Source: Candidatus Jordarchaeales archaeon
Lineage (GTDB): Archaea > Asgardarchaeota > Jordiarchaeia > Jordiarchaeales > Freyrarchaeaceae
Length of the DNA: 31,169 nt
Direction: 5' to 3'
NCBI GenBank assembly: GCA_038889235.1
Contig: JAWAHN010000003.1
Location: forward strand, 22,437 to 53,605
A program made the position numbers and the translations under genes. Shown here in pieces: positions 26,174-31,169 of this stretch; position 1 is the first letter of the stretch, and the number at the start of each line of letters is the position of its first letter. The notes beneath the pieces were generated by a model. That model was not told the origin of the DNA, ran no database searches, and saw nothing but the letters and a program-made list of their open reading frames with translations.

Positions 26174-28075
26174 ATGAAGTCCGATTTTTACGGCTATGCG
26201 GGAAAAGTGCTTTACGTTGACCTTTCGAGAGGGAAGGTTGTAGTTGAAGCGCTGGATTCAGGTTATGCTGAAGCGTTGATTGGGGGTTTCGGAGTTAACA
26301 ACATGATAGCCTATGAACATGCTCCCCCCATGGTTGACCCATTCGCGCCTGAAAGCGTAGTCGTCTTTGGGGCAGGCCCCCTCAATGGCACCATAGCGCC
26401 GGGTGCCGGGAAAGTTCACGTGACGGCGAAGATGCCGCTGACGGGCTTTTATGGGACGTCTGGTGGAGGCGGGGGCTTTGCCGCTCAACTTAAGTTTGCC
26501 GGCTACGACCACTTAGTGGTGGCTGGGAGGGCTAAGAGACCCGTAGTCCTCGTAGTGGAAGATGAAGAGGTAAGTTTTGAGGACGCTAAGGATCTTTGGG
26601 GTGGCTTGATTTATAATGTGACGGCGGAGCTCTGGGAGAGGTATTCTGGTTCAAGCGTCATCGCCATAGGTCCCGCGGGGGAAAACCTTGTGAAGTTTTC
26701 CATCGCGTTAGTGGACAACGTGGCTTCACTTGGCAGGGGAGGGCTGGGAGCTGTTCTTGGATCCAAGAACCTTAAAGCGATTGTCGTGAAAGGTAGCGGG
26801 GGAGTTAAGATCGCGGACGCTGAAAGGTTCTTCAACGCGGTTGAAGCGCTCCATAGGCGGATAAAGGAATACCCGTTTAGGTCTCTCGTGGCAGAGTACG
26901 GTATGATGGCGGGTTGGCTGGCTTGGGCCGAAATGTTCCAGGTTTCAAGGGAGGAAGCTGAAGCATACTTCAACCAGGAAGTGTTCTCCGGGAAAGTTAA
27001 GGTTGCGAGCATAGCGTGCCCCTCATGTCCTCTCTCCGACAAGTTCCTTTTCAGAATGCCGGAGGAAAATGTCTACGTTTGGGCTACAGACTACCTTACA
27101 CCCCTCATGGTTTTCGGCTACCTTTTTCAGATAAAAGACTACAGGAAAGTGCTCAAGTTGACGGCTGCAGTCAACCAGTACGGCATAGATATGCTTTCAC
27201 TTTCAAGCATAGTGAGGTTCTTACTGGCCGCGTACGGTGAGGGGTTAGTGACGCGGGAAGACCTTGGAGGGCTAGTTCCCAAGGCGGATGCCGAAACAGT
27301 CCTCGCGGTGGTAAACCTAATGGTTCAGAGGAAGGGCATAGGCAGCTTGCTCGCTGAAGGGTGGCGTGCAGTACTCAAAAAGTTTGGCGACTTCGCCGAG
27401 AGACACGTTGCACTAGTCAAGGGTTTAGATGTGCTTTACGACCCTCGTAGGACGTACTTTGGCTCACTGGAGTTCGAGCAGCTCGTCTGTCCGCGCGGGC
27501 CGACGTCTAACTCCGGTGGATCACCAACATATGTGCCCGGCAAAAGCATTGAAGACTTCAGGAAGCACTGTGATAGGATATGTGTTTCCAGTGAAGCCAT
27601 CGAAAGGATACTGGAAGGGGGAGAGTTGAACATCGGTAGGCTCGTGAGGCACTTTGAGGACTGGTATTCTGTCCTCAGCTCTCTCGGAATCTGTAATAGG
27701 GCTTACGTCAACAGGTTTTACAGCATGAAGATTTGCGCTGAGCTTTACTCTTCAGCCACCGGGATAGAAAAGACGCCTCAGGAGCTTAAGCTTGCGGGGG
27801 AGAGGGCGTGGAATGTTCAAAAGATGCTTAACGTAAGGGAAGGGCACACCAAGCATCACGACCTGCCTCCACGCCAATGGTTCCAGCCCCTTGTAGAAAG
27901 GGGGAGGAGGTATGTCGTGACAGACTACTTCAGGAGGCGTGAGCTAACCGAGAATGACTTAGAGAAGGCGCTGAGAGACTATTATGAGGAAAGAGGGTGG
28001 AATCCCGAAACAGGCACACCTACTGAAGAAAAACTTCGACAGCTTGGATTAATGGAGAACCGTCGGTCTAGATAA
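26174..28075 (+). CDS. Aldehyde:ferredoxin oxidoreductase (AOR) family tungstopterin enzyme
   Basis: YAGKVLYVDLSRG, GGFGVNNMIAYEH, KMPLTGFYGTSGGGGGFAAQLKFAGYDHLVVAG, IGPAGENLVKFS, GRGGLGAVLGSKNLKAIVVKG. The track ORF starts at 26129; ATG 26174 gives the canonical N-terminus. Confidence 0.93.
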   Translation: MKSDFYGYAGKVLYVDLSRGKVVVEALDSGYAEALIGGFGVNNMIAYEHAPPMVDPFAPESVVVFGAGPLNGTIAPGAGKVHVTAKMPLTGFYGTSGGGGGFAAQLKFAGYDHLVVAGRAKRPVVLVVEDEEVSFEDAKDLWGGLIYNVTAELWERYSGSSVIAIGPAGENLVKFSIALVDNVASLGRGGLGAVLGSKNLKAIVVKGSGGVKIADAERFFNAVEALHRRIKEYPFRSLVAEYGMMAGWLAWAEMFQVSREEAEAYFNQEVFSGKVKVASIACPSCPLSDKFLFRMPEENVYVWATDYLTPLMVFGYLFQIKDYRKVLKLTAAVNQYGIDMLSLSSIVRFLLAAYGEGLVTREDLGGLVPKADAETVLAVVNLMVQRKGIGSLLAEGWRAVLKKFGDFAERHVALVKGLDVLYDPRRTYFGSLEFEQLVCPRGPTSNSGGSPTYVPGKSIEDFRKHCDRICVSSEAIERILEGGELNIGRLVRHFEDWYSVLSSLGICNRAYVNRFYSMKICAELYSSATGIEKTPQELKLAGERAWNVQKMLNVREGHTKHHDLPPRQWFQPLVERGRRYVVTDYFRRRELTENDLEKALRDYYEERGWNPETGTPTEEKLRQLGLMENRRSR

Positions 28076-28310
28076 AAGGTACGCGTGCTTCAAGCTAGTA
28101 AACCAGGCTAGCCGGCTTCGACCCCCCTTTTAACCACACTTAGGTCTTTCCAGGTTTTTCGAAGCTCTCGGCCGCGAAAAAACCGCGTTTCACCTTCCAC
28201 TCAACACTTCTTCGCTCTAAGCCAACTTCCAGTGCTCTCTCGTTAAAGAAGCTAGAGGTTAAAAGGGTCCCACAAATACTTGAGGCTATTGGATGGCTGG
28301 GTGATGGCCC

Positions 28311-28739
28311 ATGATGGTTAAAGTCTTTGTGGATGGCGCTTCTAGGGGGAATCCGGGGCCAGCTGGGATAGGCTTCGTTATCATTGACTCTGGCGGGAGA
28401 ATCCTAGAGAGGAGGGGGCGCTACGTGGGGGTTGCCACGAACAACCAGGCGGAGTACCTTGCACTCATAGAGGCGTTGGAAGCCTGCATAAAAGCTGGTG
28501 CCAGCCGTGTTGAGGTTTTCTCCGACTCAGAGTTACTCGTGAAGCAAATGAAAGGTGAATATCGCGTCAGAAATCCACATCTCATAGCGCTTCATCGTAA
28601 GGCGAGGGAGCTCGAGAAGCTCTTCAACGACGTAACATACCATCACATTCCACGGGAAGCCAACCTTCAAGCGGACAAGCTGGCTAACGAAGCGATAGAC
28701 CGGGGGGCATTGGAATTCCGAAAAAGTAATATGGGATAA
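28311..28739 (+). CDS. rnhA: Ribonuclease HI
   Basis: VFVDGASRGNPGPAGIG, NNQAEYLALIEALE, VFSDSELLVKQMKGEY, and REANLQADKLAN with the four acidic catalytic positions. Confidence 0.93.
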   Translation: MMVKVFVDGASRGNPGPAGIGFVIIDSGGRILERRGRYVGVATNNQAEYLALIEALEACIKAGASRVEVFSDSELLVKQMKGEYRVRNPHLIALHRKARELEKLFNDVTYHHIPREANLQADKLANEAIDRGALEFRKSNMG

Positions 28740-28764
28740 CGCGTCTTTACTTATTTTTCAGCAT

Positions 28765-29067
28765 ATGGGAGGGTGGTTTATGGGGAGGTACGTCATCCTT
28801 TCGAGGCTAACGGACGAAGGGGCAAAAACTGTCAAGGACAATCCTGAAAGAATCAAGGAGGTTAACAAGGAGCTTGAAAAGATGGGCGTTAAGGTTCTAG
28901 AGCAGTACGTCGTCCTAGGACCATACGACTTCGTGAACATAGTTGAGGCACCCGACGCGCTCACGGTGGCTAAGGCTATGACGGAGCTGTCCTCGAGGGG
29001 AACTGTGAGAACGATGAGCATGCCCGCGATCCCCGTAGACGAGTACATTAAAAGTCTCAAGAAGTAG
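28765..29067 (+). CDS. GYD-domain protein
   Basis: YVILSRLTDEGAKTVKDNPERI...YVVLGPYDFVNIVEAPDALTVAKAMTELSSRGTVRTMSMPA. Confidence 0.85.
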   Translation: MGGWFMGRYVILSRLTDEGAKTVKDNPERIKEVNKELEKMGVKVLEQYVVLGPYDFVNIVEAPDALTVAKAMTELSSRGTVRTMSMPAIPVDEYIKSLKK

Positions 29068-29185
29068 TTGTCAGCTGCCGTACACTTCTTTCAACAATCC
29101 TCCTTTTTCATTTCAGAGCATTAAAATATTTGCGATAGAATTTTAGCATGGCAGTCTCCTTGTTTTCAGCTGGGAGGATGGCGGC

Positions 29186-30709
29186 TTGCTGAACCTTGAG
29201 AAAATAATCAGTTTAATAGTGGAACAGAGGGGCATTCCAAGAGAGGAGGTTTTCAAGCTAATTGACAGGAAGAAAGAGGAGATGAAGGGGCTCGTCACGG
29301 ACGAAGGCGCGGCGTTGCTTGTAGCCATAGATTTAGGTGTCGACGTCCGGGAAGGGTTGTTTGAAGGAAGGACTTTCATAGGCGAGCTTAGCGACAGAAT
29401 GGAAGTGGTCCCAGTTGTGGAGGGCAGAGTTAAATCCATTCTAGGGGTTAAAAGGTTTGAAAGAACGGAGGGTAAAGAGGGGACTATGGCGAGCCTCGTC
29501 ATAGCTGACAGGACTGGCGAGGTTAGACTGGTGCTCTGGGGGGATAACAGCAGGCTTGTTGAGAAGGGGCTGTTGCACAAGGGAGACATAGTTAGGGTGG
29601 TCAAGGGGTATGTTCGGAGAGGAATTTTCGGCGACATAGAACTCCACGTGGGGAAGCTAGGCCGTATCGTAGTTAACCCGCCGGACGTCAACGTTGAAGA
29701 CTTTCCCGAAGTGGTCGAGGAAGCCATTCCATTAAGCCGGCTTGAGCCCGGAATGCCCGACGTGACTGTAGAGGGAGAGGTCATCGAAGTCGGACCCGCA
29801 ACGGTGTTTGAAAGGCCTGACGGATCGAAGGGGAAAATGATGGCTGCAATGATAGCTGACGAAGAGCGGTCTGTGAGGGTGGTTTTCTGGGACGAGCAAG
29901 CCATTAAAGCCGCGCAGCTTAGGGTCGGAGACAGGATACGCGTGGTCAGCGGTTATACTCGCGAAGGGATAAGAGGCGGAGTCGAGGTACACGTCAGCAG
30001 AGCTGGCAGAGTAGAGATAGTCTCGAAGGGCGATAAGTATACTGGAGAGTACACACCCCTCTCCCAGTTGCGCCCCGGAATGTCCTCCGTCAACGTTGTC
30101 GCCAGAGTTGTGGCTAAAACGCCAGTGAGGACTTTCACGCGTCCACAGGATGGGAAGGCGGGAGTCGTTGCAGATCTGTATCTCACTGATGGAACAGGAT
30201 GGGTGCGCATAAGCCTGTGGGATAACCACGTGAACCTTTTGCCAAAAATAAATGTCGGCGACCTGATAAAAGTGAAGAACGCCTACACGCGGGAGGACGT
30301 GTTCGGCCTTAACTTAAACGCCGGACGAAGGGCTGTAATCGAAGTTAATCCCGTCGACACTCCTAAAGACCTCCTCCCACCTTTGAAAGAGTACAGGGTC
30401 AAACTGGGAGAGCTTAAGCCCTACATGGCGAACATATCACTTGAAGCCACCGTGAAAAGCATAGGGGAAGTTAAATCTTTCCAGCGGCAGGATGGGACAT
30501 TCTCTAAGATGGTTACGCTGATCTTAGAAGACGAGACCGGTAGGGCTCCAGCAGTAGCATGGGGGGAAGCTGTAGCAAAACTAGAAAACATTCCCTTGAA
30601 CTCGAAAATCAAAATTAAGGGGTGCTACACAAAAATTAACGCTAAAGGAGAAACAGAAATACACATAGGGGAAGGAACGGCGATAGAAACAAAAACGGCA
30701 GACAGCTGA
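29186..30709 (+). CDS. Replication factor A (RPA)-like ssDNA-binding protein, multiple OB folds
   Basis: Repeated OB-fold signatures (MASLVIADRTGEVRLVLWGDN, MMAAMIADEERSVRVVFWDEQ, VVADLYLTDGTGWVRISLWDNH, MVTLILEDETGRAPAVAWGEA). 507 aa. Confidence 0.9.
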   Translation: MLNLEKIISLIVEQRGIPREEVFKLIDRKKEEMKGLVTDEGAALLVAIDLGVDVREGLFEGRTFIGELSDRMEVVPVVEGRVKSILGVKRFERTEGKEGTMASLVIADRTGEVRLVLWGDNSRLVEKGLLHKGDIVRVVKGYVRRGIFGDIELHVGKLGRIVVNPPDVNVEDFPEVVEEAIPLSRLEPGMPDVTVEGEVIEVGPATVFERPDGSKGKMMAAMIADEERSVRVVFWDEQAIKAAQLRVGDRIRVVSGYTREGIRGGVEVHVSRAGRVEIVSKGDKYTGEYTPLSQLRPGMSSVNVVARVVAKTPVRTFTRPQDGKAGVVADLYLTDGTGWVRISLWDNHVNLLPKINVGDLIKVKNAYTREDVFGLNLNAGRRAVIEVNPVDTPKDLLPPLKEYRVKLGELKPYMANISLEATVKSIGEVKSFQRQDGTFSKMVTLILEDETGRAPAVAWGEAVAKLENIPLNSKIKIKGCYTKINAKGETEIHIGEGTAIETKTADS

Positions 30710-30766
30710 TACAGGAAAAACCAAGTAAGCCCCATTTGGAAGCAATGCTCCAACGATAGACAAGGG

Positions 30767-31169
30767 TCACGTTTTCAAGGCAAGCTCCCTAACACTGGTG
30801 TACACTTTCACGTTGTTCGCCTTAGCGTACTCCTCAGCCTTGGGATGCACGAAAGGAGAAACTATTACCAAGGAGGGCTTAACCTTCTCCACAGCCTCGT
30901 AAAGCTTCGCTTTGTCAAGGAACTTGTCTACGTCCTCCTTGCTCACGCTAGACTTAATCTCGACCAAAACATGCTCTCTGTCCCTAATTAACACATCAAC
31001 TTCTATCACGCTCGGCTTCTTGAATACCATGCACTCCGAGTCATAATACTCCCACTTGCTCACTTTAACACCATACCTTTCCAACAAACCACGGAGCCCT
31101 TCCCTAAAAGCCTCCTCACTAGCCAAACCCCACCTAGCACCCAAACCACCTAATATCTCCCCAACCTTC
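30767..31169 (-). CDS. PD-(D/E)XK-like (DUF3782-type) protein, 5' part outside window
   Basis: ARWGLASEEAFREGLRGLLE...SVIEVDVLIRDREHVLVEIKSSVSKEDVDKF with D...ExK core. The frame stays open to the window edge (KVGEILGGLGARWG), so the M at 31144 is probably internal. Confidence 0.75.
   Translation of the reverse strand, partial: KVGEILGGLGARWGLASEEAFREGLRGLLERYGVKVSKWEYYDSECMVFKKPSVIEVDVLIRDREHVLVEIKSSVSKEDVDKFLDKAKLYEAVEKVKPSLVIVSPFVHPKAEEYAKANNVKVYTSVRELALKT

Noticed and set aside
26611-27042. 143-aa ORF on the minus strand
   Set aside because: Antisense shadow of the AOR-family gene.
29143-29904. 253-aa ORF on the minus strand
   Set aside because: Ser/Thr/Pro-rich antisense shadow of the well-supported RPA gene.
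1-31169. CRISPR arrays, tRNA/rRNA genes, complete IS elements or a multi-gene defence island
   Set aside because: I saw no regularly spaced repeats, no tRNA T-loop signatures, no rRNA sequence, and no transposase or recombinase motifs on reading. The HEPN-MNT pair is the only defence- or toxin-like locus, and it appears damaged. tRNAscan-SE, CRISPRCasFinder and DefenseFinder would confirm this.

Overview
Archaeal chromosomal window, judged from TATA-like boxes, frequent GTG/TTG starts, RPA with OB folds, AOR, and a split ADP-forming acyl-CoA synthetase. Most of it is ordinary metabolic and housekeeping coding sequence. I found no rRNA, tRNA, CRISPR array or intact mobile element. Main contents: DUF72 protein, PhiG-like hydrolase, MFS transporter, two alpha/beta hydrolases, HNH-type protein, ADP-forming acyl-CoA synthetase alpha-type protein, degenerate nucleotidyltransferase-like protein, sirtuin, cysteine-rich DnaJ-zinc-finger-like protein, an ECF transporter (S-T-AA), class-II glutamine amidotransferase, HhH-type protein, a CbiMN/CbiQO-type Ni/Co transporter, PfkB kinase, MgtE/SLC41-like transporter, a HEPN-MNT pair with frame disruptions in both genes, AOR-family oxidoreductase, RNase HI, GYD protein, RPA, and a partial PD-(D/E)XK-like protein. 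I did not find a clear new defence or mobile system. The best leads are: (i) a 13-bp perfect dyad over the TSS region of the Ni/Co transporter, with a related dyad upstream of an uncharacterised ECF S component; (ii) a predicted G-quadruplex overlapping the 5' arm of a terminator-like hairpin between cbiMN and cbiQO; (iii) lesions in the HEPN-MNT pair, with an A6-tract frameshift in MNT and a compensated double frameshift in HEPN; (iv) non-canonical metal-ligand patterns in the AOR and the sirtuin; (v) an eight-CxxC, J-domain-less protein. All family calls come from reading motifs, not from database searches.
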